Below are positions 11,614-24,412 of a stretch of 64,000 nucleotides of DNA, one piece after another. The stretch lies in assembly GCA_010093995.1 (NCBI GenBank), contig ML992503.1, forward strand, positions 2,062,919 to 2,126,918. Reading direction: 5' to 3'. Source of the DNA: Elsinoe ampelina. Its lineage: Eukaryota. Position 1 is the first letter of the stretch; each line of letters begins with the position of its first letter. A model generated the notes under the pieces. It did no database searches. It saw nothing but the letters and a program-made list of their open reading frames with translations, and was not told the DNA's origin. Both the position numbers and the translations under genes were made by a program.

Positions 11614-12761
11614 ATGGATTCACTCGCTAAGTGGCCGTCCGAATTTGCCTTCCCAAATTTCGAAGACTTACCCATCGTCCAGGGGCAACCACAAGGATGC
11701 CTTTGGGGCTTCTTTGACAAAGACGGAAAGAAGGACGAACTCGGAACACTGAACCTTTTGACATCATCGGTGGTTCGGGAAGCTGCCGCCGAAATCAGAT
11801 TAGGGAAGAGTCTGCAACTGGATTGGTCGCTGAAAGAGACAAGCTGTCCTGGCTACGGTCGTATCCCCATCGAGCACACCGTCAAGGACTTGCGTAGCGC
11901 GGGATTCGTGGCTTTCGACGAAGAAATCCGGATTAATACGCAGACCAGCTCTCAGTGGGATGGCTTGAGACATGTAATCTGCGGAACTCAAGGACTGAGC
12001 TTGGCCAAGCTGATCATAGGAAGTGGGGTCTACAGGAGAGCGCTCTCTTCTATAACAATGTCAAACATGCCGAAGTGGCTAGTACCGATGTCCTAGGCAT
12101 CCACAGTAAGTCGACCATATTCGTATGAGCGTCGGACAGGTTGCTGACGTTTGATGAGACATATGCGAACGTGGTGGCATAGTTGGCCGCGGGGTCCTTG
12201 TCGATTGGGTCCGATGGTGGCAGCATGCGAAACCAGGCATTCCAGTACCGGCGGCAAATACAACTCATTCAATTCCGATGTCCGAGATCGAGGAGGCTGC
12301 CCGCTTTCAGAACACTACCTTCAAGCAAGGAGATATTTTCATCGTCCGAACTGGTTATCTGGCATGGTACAAGTCTGGCTATCCATCAACGTGGCTTGAC
12401 ATGGCGACTGACTTCGGGCAGTTCGGCGAGTCAAGAAGACCGCAAATCAAACATCCAGGACGAGCATCGCTTCATTGGTATTGAAAGCAGCGAAGCCACA
12501 GTCCGGTGGCTATACTCCAAACACTTCGCTGCGGTCGCAGGAGATGCGATGGGCTTCGAAGCTTGGCCCTATCCAAAGAACTGCTCTTTGCATGAGTGGC
12601 TTCTTGCACTCTGGGGTACTCCGATCGGCGAGCTATGGGATATCGAGAAATTGAGCCAGACGTGTGCTGACTTGGGGCGTTGGGAGTTCTTCCTGACTAG
12701 CGCTCCGCTGAATCTGCCGGGCGGGATAGCGTCTCCGCCGTGTGCCATAGCCATATTCTGA
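11614..12761 (+). CDS. Cyclase family (kynurenine-formamidase-like) metal-dependent hydrolase, 4 exons
   Basis: WG..DELGTLNLLT, NTQTSSQWDGLRH, GGIVGRGVLVDW, GDIFIVRTG, HEWLLALWGTPIGELWD and PGGIASPP motifs. Confidence 0.88.
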
Positions 12762-12787
12762 TATTCTGAATGAACAGGTCCCACGTG

Positions 12788-15160
12788 CTATATACTCATG
12801 TCAAAGTTAGTGGTATTCCACTCCGGTATGTCCAAGTTCTGGAAGAAGTCGCCATGATCTAGAGGGTACCAAAGTAATTCATCGAGGAGGAAGTTGGACT
12901 CTGTTCCGAACATATCAACAGCGTTGTATATAGTTAGAGATGTCGGACCATTCGTCGGTTGTACTTCCACTGCCGAGTGTTGTCCATCGCTTTCAAGACC
13001 TTGCCTGAGCGCGACGTTCTCTGGGTCCCTGGCCGGACTTTGCAGGCGGGTCACCGGTCTGGATCTGTCCGCTGTCCTCTGCTCGAATCTGGATTTCAGT
13101 TGCTGGGTGACGTGAACAAAAAGACGGTAGACCCAGCTGCCCACTGGCCATGAACTCTCCAGGACTTGCAGTCCAAGCATACATGTCCGGACCCTATTCT
13201 CTGCCAATTCTCGCTCGAGACGATGACCGGAGCACATCGTGTACAGATGCATAGCCAGTGCATTGAAAACTGCCGGTATCCTGGTCGCTGTCAGTGTTTG
13301 AGTCTGACGTAGCATAGGGATTACTTGCGTAAAGATCTGGCAGTATTGACCAATACCTGCAGATAGTATGTCTTCCACTACTCTGGTCACTTCGTTGGCT
13401 CCACGGGCAGCCTCTTCGCTATCGCCCCAATCTCGACTTTGGCCATCAGTGCCATTCCTGCGAGACGGGCGGCACAGCAACAACACAGCATAACTGTGTC
13501 AATCAGGATCATGAACTGTAGGAAGAGGGATCACTGCTTACTTGTAAGCAACCACGATCATTGCTTTCCAGAGATCGCTCTTGGTGTCGTCGCAGAAGCC
13601 ACGATAAGTCAGATTGCCTGGAAGATCAGCTCGAAATGTTTGTAGATCAGCTTTGAGTCGTAAAGTCTCTAAAGCACCAGATCTGGACTTTGATCCAGCC
13701 GAATACCTCGATTTTATTATGTCCGTCACTGTCTGGGTTAGTCTTTCTTGAAAAGTGATGCAGATGGTGAGAGTATCGAACTGATCTGGGATAGTCGTGC
13801 CATTCGGCAGGCATAGACGGTGTGCACTTGCTGCAAGGACGTCATCGCTGTCGGGAAGTCCTTCTCGTCCAACAGCTCCAAGTCACAATCACTTTCCGAA
13901 ACATGTTGTGGGCGGCCAATGGATCCCGAGACCAGCGCTTCCCGTATCTGAAGCTTCAGAGATAGCTAACAAGCACGTCTAATGGACTCACTCTGATGGA
14001 CCACCAGATCTTCTTCCAGCGGCTAGCCCTCATAGAGCTCATTCATGTCTGAATGTTTCGTGCTGGCTCGTTAGCTTTTTGACGACGATTGCGGCCAATC
14101 GACCTACGATCGATGCATACCCAAGCTCTGTGCCAGGCTTGCAGAAACGCCCAACCAATGCCATGTGTCCTTTGGATCGTCTGGTTTATCCCACCAGAAA
14201 CTCATCAAGAAGATGCTAGCGACCAGATCGGTTTGGTGCGGTTCAAGATCCTCATCATACAAACTTTTGGCTTGCTTGAAAAATATTTGTCTTGCCTTGT
14301 AACGATCTGCGGTACCAACAGCGGCGGACAGAAGGGTGTTGTCGCACACTGTCACCGCCACAAGCAGTACTGCATGAAGTAACAGCAGTGAAAACGTTTC
14401 GGACGCAACCCCTTGCTTCATCTGATCCGGGTCAATGACAGGGTAAGCCGGATGAAACCAAGTGAGATAGATATCAAGCAGATGCTCGAGATGGATTGAT
14501 TCCGGCATGAAATAATTCCCCAGACTTGTCAAGAATTCCTTTTGCCGGCATACCTTCGAGCGCCCGTCCTGGTCGGTAGTCGGGATTGGATGATGCAAGC
14601 GACTCCGATAGCCGGATGGATTCCCTAAGAATGGAGCAAGGACATCGTTGAGAACGTAGGTGAGACTGAAAGCCTCGCCGAGGAACATCACATTGTCGTT
14701 GGTGGCGATTGCTTTTCGACCTTGACGAACACCATGACGGGCGACAGTGGCATACAGCATGCCTGCATCATCTGCCGTCGGCCCGTCAGCTTCAAGCTCG
14801 ATCAGCCTTGCATGGTCGTGCCCATCTGTTGCAGATGTGGCAAGATCACTTCCTTGCTCGCCACCGATAGTACTCTCAGTCACGTTATCGCCGTTAGTCC
14901 TCCTTCGCTTGGAAGACCGAACACCCGAATTTGAGGTCCTTGAGTATCTAGATCATGTCAAATTTGAATCTCATGCCTTGCAACTTTTGGCCGCCGACAT
15001 ACTTGCCGCGCAGGGATTCGATCAGTACACAATCATGGCCGCCCGCAAGACACGTGCGGCAAGGTCCTGCCCCATCCGAGATGCACCGCGTCTTCCTGGT
15101 GTTGCACCTGACACATGCGATACGTGCACGCGCTTTCGGCGATTCATTCTGTACATTCAT
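12788..15160 (-). CDS. Zn(II)2Cys6 transcription factor with fungal-specific TF domain (CTF1-like), multi-exon
   Basis: ACVRCNTRKTRC...PCRTC...DC cluster near the ATG at 15160. Middle domain reads YLTWFHPAYPVID...LAQSLGMHR. Confidence 0.88.
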
Positions 15161-15206
15161 GGCCTCGAGGTAGCCGGTCTCTGTGTAGAGAGAACGTGGG
15201 AAGCGT

Positions 15207-15247
15207 GAAGCCGAAAACTCCCATAGGTAGCTTCGCGTCGGCTTCTT
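15207..15247. promoter_or_regulatory. Inverted pair GAAGCCGA ... TCGGCTTCTT upstream of the Zn2Cys6 gene
   Basis: Copies at 15207-15214 and 15238-15247. Confidence 0.55.
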
Positions 15248-15346
15248 GCACGCATCACCACTGAACGCGCCCCCACCTGACAATTCTCCAACAAAAACGA
15301 CCAGAAATTCACAAATCATCTGCTACACTACCAACCACGTTGTCGC

Positions 15347-16673
15347 ATGTTCTATCGCGACAATGTTTTTGCAGACGCTGAGACAATTGCAGCGGCAGTA
15401 CTGGAGGCATTCGACCGGCTGCCAGCAAAATACAAACCCAGGTCGGTCAGCGGACCATCTGGGATCTCGGAATGGGTACCACTCGCCGGTGTGGTAGCGG
15501 AAGGTCAGAGTCCGAGATAGTGTCATCGACGGCAAGATGCTGAACAAAACAGATATTCGAGATGACAACCATAAGATCAAGTGCATAGCACTGGCGACTG
15601 GGATGAAGTGTCTTCCCGAGGCCACTCTCGACAGAGCGGGCGGCAAGGTCCTGCATGATAGTCATGCCGAGGTGCTCGTCTTGAGATCATTGAACCGTCT
15701 TTTGCTAGAGCAATGCCTGTCTCTGGTCGAAGGACAAGAGCAACATCTTTCGACAGATGACCTCCTGGTCGAGAAGGTGCTACCTATGGATGATCCACCA
15801 GAGCATATAGCACCTTTTCGAATTCGTGACACCATCAGGCTCCACATGTACTGTTCCGAGTGTCCATGCGGAGATGCCAGCATGGAGCTGGTCATGTCCA
15901 GACAGGTAGACGCAACACCTTGGAGTTCTGCACCACTTCCAACAACAGGCGAGGGAGCTGCACAACTCCTTGGACGAGGTCATTTCGATCAACTCGGCGT
16001 GGTCAGACGGAAGCCATCTCGACCAGATGCACCTATCACAAGCTCAAAGTCCTGCACGGACAAGCTGAGCCTGCGGCAGTACATCTCAATTCTCAGCGGA
16101 CTCTGCAGCCTGTTCATCGAGCCGCAAAACGCATATGTCTGTCACGTGATCATACCAGAATCGGACCACACACAGAGGTCTATCGAACGTGCTTTCGGCC
16201 CATCAGGCAGGATGGCTCAAGTCGCTTCATGGCCAGAACGAAGCGGATACGCCTACCGACCATTCCGCGTCTCGACAACCACGAGGCTCTTTTCATTCTC
16301 TCGCCACAACGAGAGCAAGTCAGGGACAGCTCGCAAGCCTTCCAACATATCGTGCATTCATTTTGGTGGGACCAAAGAAGTTTTGATCAATGGCGCCATA
16401 CAAGGCAGGAAGCAAGGAGATCCAAGAGGCGCCTCAAAAGTCTCTCGTCGATCCATGTGGATCCTCGCAAAGACGGTGGCCGAGCGATTGAGAGCCCCAC
16501 ACATCGAAATCATCCTAGGACAGCAGACGTATGGTTTGGTCAAAGCACATGAGCATCTCCACGCACGGCGCGAGGCTAAAGCGAGGCTCATCGAGCATGT
16601 CTTACCAGTATGGTCAAGAAACTCTGCAGACTCGTCTTGGGGTCTGGCAGCCGAAGGACTGAAAGCGACTTGA
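15347..16673 (+). CDS. TAD1: tRNA-specific adenosine deaminase 1 (ADAT1), 2 exons
   Basis: Exon 1 reads ...AFDRLPAKYKP...EWVPLAGVV. Exon 2 has ALATGMKCLP, HDSHAEVL, PCGDAS and SKSCTDKL deaminase motifs. Confidence 0.9.
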
Positions 16674-16792
16674 TCATGACAAGAATCCTGCAATGCCTAG
16701 AAACGAGAGAGCAAGCAGCCCATTGTGCCACGACATTCAGGGACGACGAGTGGTATTCCAGATATACATGAATTGCGTCCCGTGGGTTGACA

Positions 16793-18352
16793 TCAACCAT
16801 TAATCAACCCCTCAATCTCCTCCCACCCCCTCGGCGCCGTGGTCAAATTCTCCCACCCCTCCTCCTTGATCCAAATATCATCCTCAATCCTCACCCCGCC
16901 CACATCCCAATACCGCTCCAACACCTTCTCATCAATCCACTTGCCCAACTCCGGGTTCTTCAACGCCGGCTCAACAATGAACCTGCAGAAATAAATCCCA
17001 GGCTCGTTCGTCACGACCGCACCGGCCGGGACCGTGCCTCTGATGCGCAAGTAGCGGAACATGGGATCCGGGTCCGCGTAGTCCGCGTCGCCGCCCGTGT
17101 CGTGGGTCAGCATCCCCAGGTAGTGTCCGAGGCCGTGCGGCAGGAACACGGTGCTCACGCGGCTGTCGAAGAGGGCTTTTTTGTCTTCGTCGCTATCGAC
17201 GTCGCCTTTGAGGATACCGAGACGGAGCAGACCGTCGATGGCGACGGTGTGGGCTTTGGTGTGCACGTCTTCCCAACGCACACCGCCGCGGAGCATGGCC
17301 ATGCATTCATTCTGCATGCGGTCGACGAGGTCGTAGATCTCCCTCGACTCCTTCGTGAAGGTGCCATTGAGAGGGTATGTGCGCGTGATGTCGGCGCAGT
17401 AGCAGCTGTATTCGCAGCCGGCGTCGATGAGGAGGTTGAGTTTCTTGCTGGTGGGGAGGTCGTTGTGGACGTAGTGCAGGGTGGCGGCCGAGGTGCCGGA
17501 GGCGCAGATGCAGTGGTAGGCTTGTTCGCGGCCGCCGTTGGAGATGCAGGTCCCGATGAAGGCGCCCATGAGTTCTTCTTCGTTTTGGGCTTTTTTGACG
17601 GTGCGCATGACGTTGCGGTGGGCCGAGGAGGAGATGAGGTTGGCGTGCCGGATGAGGGCGATTTCAAAGGCGTCTTTTACCACCCGGCAGTAGTCGATGG
17701 CTTTCTTCAGGACATTTGTGTCTTTGGCTTGGAAGGACGAGAAGTCCATGTCGGAAGATACCTGCTCTGGTATCGTGTATACTGTAGATTTTGAGCTGGC
17801 GTTCTTCAGATAGGCATTGACCTCGTTGGTGGTCTGGCAAGCATTCACTTCATATCTTGACCTGTCAGTACCCAAGTCGATGCGCTCTAGAGAGCACCTA
17901 CTTGTTCAAAGCATCCTTTGGCGTTTCCGGCAGACCAGACCAGATGACACTGTCCGCATCTATTGGAGGAATGAAAAGAGTGAGATGATCCCGGTCAATG
18001 TCATACGCGAGTGACGAGTCCGCTAGATTGCAACCGCTCAGATAGTAGAAATATCTGCGTTGTATGAAGTGCACCGTTTGATCATCATCCTGTTTGATGT
18101 CAGAACAGTCCAGGTCTCAAAACACGGTGACTAAAGATATACTTCTACCATGTGTGTCTTCTGGCCTTCCAGGTAGATAACCCCGGACGCCTTGGAGGAA
18201 CCATTCGTGTGACTGTTCGTGGCGCCATCCGTGCCTGTCGACGTGGAATGTTCTGCAATCCATTTGGCAACCTTTCGAGCATGTGCTTTCGCCGGGTATT
18301 TGCCCCCGGGTGGCGCGGGGAGGGAGGGATCTTTGAGATGGATCGATGCCAT
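16793..18352 (-). CDS. pepP: Xaa-Pro dipeptidase/aminopeptidase (M24B prolidase), multi-exon
   Basis: KYPAKAHA N-terminus. [37 protein letters not shown] and GGVRIEDD metal-binding motifs. Confidence 0.9.
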
Positions 18353-18799
18353 TTTCCTACGACGCTGACAATGGATCAAATGGGTGCAGCACGTTCTGTA
18401 GTGGACTAACAGTCAATTGCACAAGTCAGGCTCCTTATCGTCGCGAGCATAAAATAAAGTGTCGAATGAACTGATCTTGAGGTGGGGTTGTTTTTTGTTG
18501 GCCGAAGCAAGCCGAACATGATCTGCATGAGGCGCCAGTCCTGCTTCAGTACACTGTCTGCATTTGAAGATGTCACGGTGTCCCGTATTACTGTGCTTTG
18601 TAGCAAGAATGACATTGACCACCCAGTGGCAATATTACATGTTTATGCCTGCCTTGCGTCCTGATCTACAGTGATTACAACCCAGCCCTTCTTCCCTAAC
18701 AATGCATGCGAAATACCTTTACCCACGCCCCTAGCGATGCCCAAGAAGTAAGCTAAAGCGTCATATAAACATGAAAAGTCCATTCCCGTGGTTGATCAT

Positions 18800-19747
18800 C
18801 TAGTCCTTCCACCTGTTCAAGAAGCGGGCTTGAGCATTGTTGCCGCCGACCACTGGTTGCGATGCTGGAGCAAGCTGCGAACGTCAGCACAGTGTCTGCA
18901 AACGAACAATTCGAAACTTACCGTGTTCACCATACTGGAAACACTGAACGTCTGCTTCGCTGTGATAGTCGTGACAATGCTCGGCACGGGAAGATAGGTG
19001 GTAGCGACGGTGAAAGCGCTTGTGGGGAACAATGGCTTCCAGGTCTTCTGGGTGATCTTGGTTGGAGGGACCGGTTGCATTGGGGCGTACCTGGTCAGGC
19101 CGGACTGAAGCGAGTATGGCACTTGGTTGCCAGTGTCACCAGCGTCTGCACCAACGTTGTTCGATAGCTGATCTTCTGTCGCTGGTCCAGCAGTGGAGCC
19201 GGCCACAGCCACGATGCCCGCCTGAACAGCCGCGGGAAAGGTACCAGTCATTCCGGTGAGAGTAAAGCGGCTGGAGTAGTTGATGAGCTGGCCACCTGAA
19301 GTCGAAGTCGAGACCATCTTGAGGAAGCTGCAGGGATTATCAGTTTGCGAGTCCCCATGTCCGTTCGCCATGTCCACGTACTATGCGTTCTTGTCCGTGC
19401 CGCCTACACCTGGCTGCACGACTGCTTGCGCTGCATTACCAGTCGTGTAAAGTCCGTTGGGAACGAGGACGGCCAGCTGGATCTACCATGTATCAGCACA
19501 AGTTCCCTCAACTCCAAGCTTGTCCGGTCGCGCGCACCATGCTTGCTCCGTCGTTTCCGCCCGCCATGAGGAACAGCTGGTATGAGGCAAAGGTCGAGAG
19601 AGCTGGCGCAGTGCCAGATTCCGTCCATTGTACTTGTATTGATCCACCTCCTGCCAATGTAGCGCCCGCAGCCGGAGTTGTGAATCGGACGTCGGCTTGA
19701 ATGAGTGAAACGAGTGACGCTACGAGCAAAGACGACGAGAAACGCAT
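18800..19747 (-). CDS. KRE9: Cell-wall beta-1,6-glucan synthesis protein KRE9/KNH1, multi-exon
   Basis: Signal peptide, DVRFTTP, INYSSRFTLTGMTG, VPYSLQSGLTRYAPMQP and C-terminal ARFLNRWKD*. Confidence 0.88.
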
Positions 19748-20104
19748 GATGGCGGGGGCGCACCGCTCAGTGCTGTGCGAGGAGGACCGAAGCTCGATTT
19801 AAAAGCGACTTATCGGGGCTGGAGAGGTCGACGAAGAGTTGTACGATCAGAATTGGTTGTTGAGGTTAATGTGATGAATACGGGCAGGGCAAATTTGCAG
19901 GTTCTTGATCCAAGAATCCAAGACAGGCACCGGGCCAATCACAGGTCGCCGTTCTGCTTGGCCTTGATTGGCTATATTTCGATCTGCTATTTTTCACGTC
20001 TACAACTCTTCTCGTATGTGATCCAAACACTGCTCAATCATCATATATATTCTCTCGAAACGATGCTGTTAGACTCGCTCCATCTACGAAGCCCCATCTC
20101 CGCC

Positions 20105-21345
20105 TCACTTGGATCCTTTATCCGACATATCATCCGCCACGCTCATCTCAATAGTGGTCTGGGCTCTAATGCCGCCGAGTAGCTTGTGCTCATCACTGTC
20201 TCTTGGACTCTGGCCCGCTTGAATGGTCGGCTCGTCCATTCCCTTCTTGTCCGTCCTCGGATTCGCTTCAATGTCATCGAGCTCACGGACTGGTCCATGA
20301 AGGCCGGATCGCATGTTGGTCGCCGTCTTGCTGAATCCTGTAGGCTTGCTGGTTCTGTAGGTGCTGCCGCCAAAGAAGGACCTGACACCCGGAACGGCTT
20401 CACGAATGAGTGGCCAGATGCATGGTAGATTAGAGACGTAGACTGCGACGCTCGCTTCGCGGATATACCAGTACATGAAGTTGATGTCGTAAACGTCTTT
20501 CCAGAAGGCAACCTTGGTAAGAATGGCCGCGCCAATGACGAAGATTCCCATTGAGAACAGCACTATCAGGATCATCTTCTGCCTGAGTGGTACCTTGACA
20601 CCGATGACCATAGGTAAGGGGACGCACAGCATAGCCAGATCTGAGGAGATGTTGAACGTGCATTGCACTGCTGCGAATGTCCAGTATACCATACAATTCA
20701 TGTCTGGGGAGGGAGCAATTTGCCAATAGCTATTGAAGGGACGGCACTCGAGGAATAGCGTGAGCTGGCAAGCTACCCAGCCAACAGCCGTATAGATCGA
20801 GAGTATCCGGACAAAGAGGTGATTCGTTGCCGCGAAGCTGAGCCAACCGTCAGTAAGTTAGTCTCCATCTCGCGACCTCCGAACTCACGTCAGACGGCTG
20901 TACATGATCAACATGCAAGCCTTCAAAGTCCAGATGACGTTCAGCATGCCCTGCTCGGCCATGAAGGTGATCTTTGCACCATATTGTCTGGCTTCGACCA
21001 CCTCTTCGGATAAGGCGAAGACGTCCTCGCCAGGCACAGCAAGGGCAGTACCCGCGCTCTGTGCCAGTCCGTTCAGGCCGACCACAGTCATGACATACCA
21101 CACCTGGACAAGTCAGCTTCTCCGATCGTATATCGATGAATTCGAAGATTCACAATGGCAGTGAGCATGACATAGTCGTCTGCTTGAAGACCATTCAATC
21201 CCAGCTTCTTGATGCGAGCATAAGTCCTCAGCGCAATCATGGCCAGGCCAACAGACATAAGAGTATACGACTCGGTCTCGAGGTTGCGCCAGAAAGGCTC
21301 CGGGAAGGCTTTGGGCGCCGTAGCGCTAGTCTTCATGTACACCAT
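20105..21345 (-). CDS. PTH11-like (fungal rhodopsin family) integral membrane protein, no CFEM domain
   Basis: ALRTYAR...DDYVML, WTLKACMLIMYSRL, ECRPF, FNISSDLAMLCVPLP and YIREASVAVYVSNLP motifs. Confidence 0.85.
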
Positions 21346-22075
21346 GATTGGCTAAGGGCAGAGAGAAAGAAGTCAAGAACGACTAGAATGAGAGATCCCG
21401 AGCGATCGGTTGCGATTGCGATTGAGCAGATGTGGGAATCACACGTGGATGTGGGTCATCACGTTCGGGACCATGTCTCCATATACAGTGGTGCAGCTTT
21501 CGGCCATGTCTGTAGATTGGAAACGGTCGGCATGAATTCGTCTATGATGAGTAAACTGTTCTGCATGGCCCTGTGTCTCGACAATCGTGAATGATGTCGG
21601 TTGGTAACTACCTTTACGCGGAACTTCGCCGTTGTGTTCGCCGGTAGCGTTGCGAGGCGAAGGAATCTCACCGGTCAAAGGCTGTTTATTGGAATTTCCG
21701 ATAAGCCTCGGACGCCGCCTGCATCACCACGTTCGAATGCCCGCATGACATGGGTGCCGAAAAAGATGCAAAGTCAGGGCTTACATGTCTGGGAAGGATG
21801 AAGGGCTTGCCAATTGTTATATTACCACGATCCTGGAAAAGACGCAGAAGGATCTCATGTGGCGAGAGCTAGGGCACGATGGTATGAACCTTATTCGTAT
21901 TCGTCTCTAACAGCCAAGTCATCGCCACGGCTCTTATCTGGTACAAGAGCACCCGGCTTAACAGCCATTGACCTAGATACAGTACATTGACCCGGAAGAA
22001 CCCCACGAAACGGTCTGCGTGTCCTGGTTGAGATGAGACCTCGGTCTACTATTTGTGCCTGCGAGGTGAGAGACC

Positions 22076-23567
22076 TCAGTGTCCTGGCGGGTTGGGATAG
22101 AAAAAGGCAGCTACCGCGATCAGGATGTAAATGAAGACGCACAGTGCTCCTTCCAGGTAATTGCTCTTTCCATCCCGGAGAAACCCCCCAATGACCAAGA
22201 TGGCCAAGATGAGCATGATAGCATCGAACATTTCGAAATTGAGGGCGAAGTTTATCTTGAGACCCCAGGCAACGAGCACGACCAACGGCGTATTCAGGAA
22301 AGCGGTCTGAATGGACGCCCCCAGAACGTGGGACAAAGCATAGTTCATCTGATTGTCGTATGCTTCGTCCACTGCCGTCAGATGTTCAGCGGCCTTTTCA
22401 ACGAGCGGAACCAGGATGAGACCGAGGAAAGCGTCCGATATGCCCGCTTCCTCGACCATGTACGGGATCTGCTGGACCAGGAAGATCGCTATGAGAGACA
22501 CAAAGGCAACGGCGAAAGTGAGCGCGATTAAGCTCTCGGTCAGGGTAAGTTTTGCCTTTCGTAGGTCCTTGTTACGGTCTTGGTCTCGCATGTCATCGAG
22601 TTCTAGAATGTCGTCGTAGAGGCCGTGATGAGAATTGGTCTGGAAGTAGACGTAGACGCAGAATGCCAGCAAGAGAACAATAGCCGCTGCGCGAGAGATG
22701 CGTCGAACCTCTGGCTCTAGTTCTTCCGATGGCAGGCGAGCTTCCAGGGCGACAAAGTAGGCCGTAGGTATCACCAACGCCACTAGGAAATGTCAGTCTC
22801 TGACGACCAGTCCATGGAGCATCGAACTCACTTCCAGCGACAAGCATGAGATTGCTGCCGACTTCGCTGACTGCATCATGGAACTCTTGCTCTTGACGCT
22901 TGAGTCCTCCAACGAAGAAGCACATGCCCAAGCAGAGCAAAAGATTGGCCAGTATGCTACCAAGAATGGCAGCTCGGATCACAGGCCCTCCATACTCTTT
23001 CTCGGTGACAAGCAGGACCATGAAAAGGATGATCTCGACCAGGGACCCCAAAGTCGTCTCTAGCACTACACCGACAACCTTCGGTAGCTTACGCGCCAGC
23101 TCTTGCCCAGCGAAGCCTAGAAGATTGGCCGACGGTACCATGGCGATATAGGAGAGGACAAAAATCCAGAGATGCTCAGAAGGACGGACAAAGTGCTAGA
23201 TCTGTTAATCGACCTCCATACACACTTTCAAATTGACACGTACGAGGACGATGGCAGCTGGCACAAACGGCCACAATACATTGACCCATTTGCTCGCCGC
23301 GCAAGAGCTCCTCCAGATGATGACGAAGAAGTGCAGCGGATGTAGACCACGCCTGCCACTTTCTCCTTCGGGGCGGATACCAGGTGTGACACGATGGCCA
23401 TTGTGATTGTGCATGATGTGTGGGAGATGAAGCTTCTCTTTCAATCCCGGAGCTCTTTTGGGTTCGGCCATGAAGCGTTCCTCGTAGTAGCCATCTGATC
23501 GAGGAGAGTCGTACCTGGACCGCGGGCGAGATCCAGGACGAGTTGCGGGTTTCGGTCTGGTGGTCAT
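22076..23567 (-). CDS. Vacuolar Ca2+/H+ exchanger (CAX/VCX1-like), 3 exons
   Basis: AAILGSILANLLLCLG, LVPLVEKAAEH, LGASIQTA and DGKSNYLEG motifs. Confidence 0.88.
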
Positions 23568-24412
23568 GTTTGGATTACTGTCGTTCTGTTTTGATGGGTC
23601 GTAACTTCGTTACTGCGTGCCTCGTGCAATCGTCATGCGTGGAACGCCATTGTGGATGTAAAGGTGTGGTAAGTGAGGTTGAAGTGAGGAGAGACTCAGC
23701 TGAGGCTGGTGATATCAGGGCTGAAAAGATAGAGCGCGTCGCCCTGGTTTCCTGAGGCCCAAACAGGGCACAAGACGGATTCCAGCCTCAGTTGTCATTT
23801 CGTGACGTCCAGGAGGTTGATTTGGCGCAATTTACCCCCTAGACGCGTGCCAAGCCCTGTCACATGAATCGCAGGGAGAAGCGGGACCAATTGAGCTTCG
23901 CCAGAGCTTGATTTTCTCGCGATCGGTGTGTTGTCAATCAAATCCGAGATCGTGCATCTCGTCAGAACCTGTTTTCTGCTCCATGACGCTGTAAGTTAGC
24001 AAGCAGCGCCCTAACAGCACAGCAACACCAGCCTTCGCATGCCGTTCCATGCAAAGTCAGCAGGTCTTTTGGAGTCTCTGTGGACCCGACCGGCCCCTGA
24101 ATGGTTTCTCGACAGATGACGGGTCGGAGTTCCATCCGTGAAACAGGCACGCGTGCCTCGATTTGATCCTTCCAAGTCCCAAATAAACGTTCCGTAGGCA
24201 GAGTATTGACAACAACGCAAGTCTAGGTATAGATCGAGGTTGTTCCTGCGGAAAGGGCACAGCGACGAGCACGGCACTTTCATGATCACTCATCGCAGAG
24301 ACATGCTGCTTACGCATCCAAAGTACATTCGGGCGGACTATATCAACGCAGACTCGCCACTTTACAGTTACACAAGTACCGCACGTTCCGTCACTCCGAT
24401 TCACGCCTCGCA

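Noticed and set aside
1014..15160. Secondary-metabolite biosynthetic cluster
   Set aside because: No PKS, NRPS, terpene synthase or prenyltransferase is present in the window, so the gene set fits catabolism better. The acyltransferase promoter also lacks the shared motif.
16787..17794. 335-aa plus-strand ORF, and similar long antisense ORFs at 3990-4637, 42473-43186, 48411-49151 and 60492-61010
   Set aside because: These are shadows of real genes on the opposite strand, caused by GC-rich codon bias, and show no recognisable motifs.
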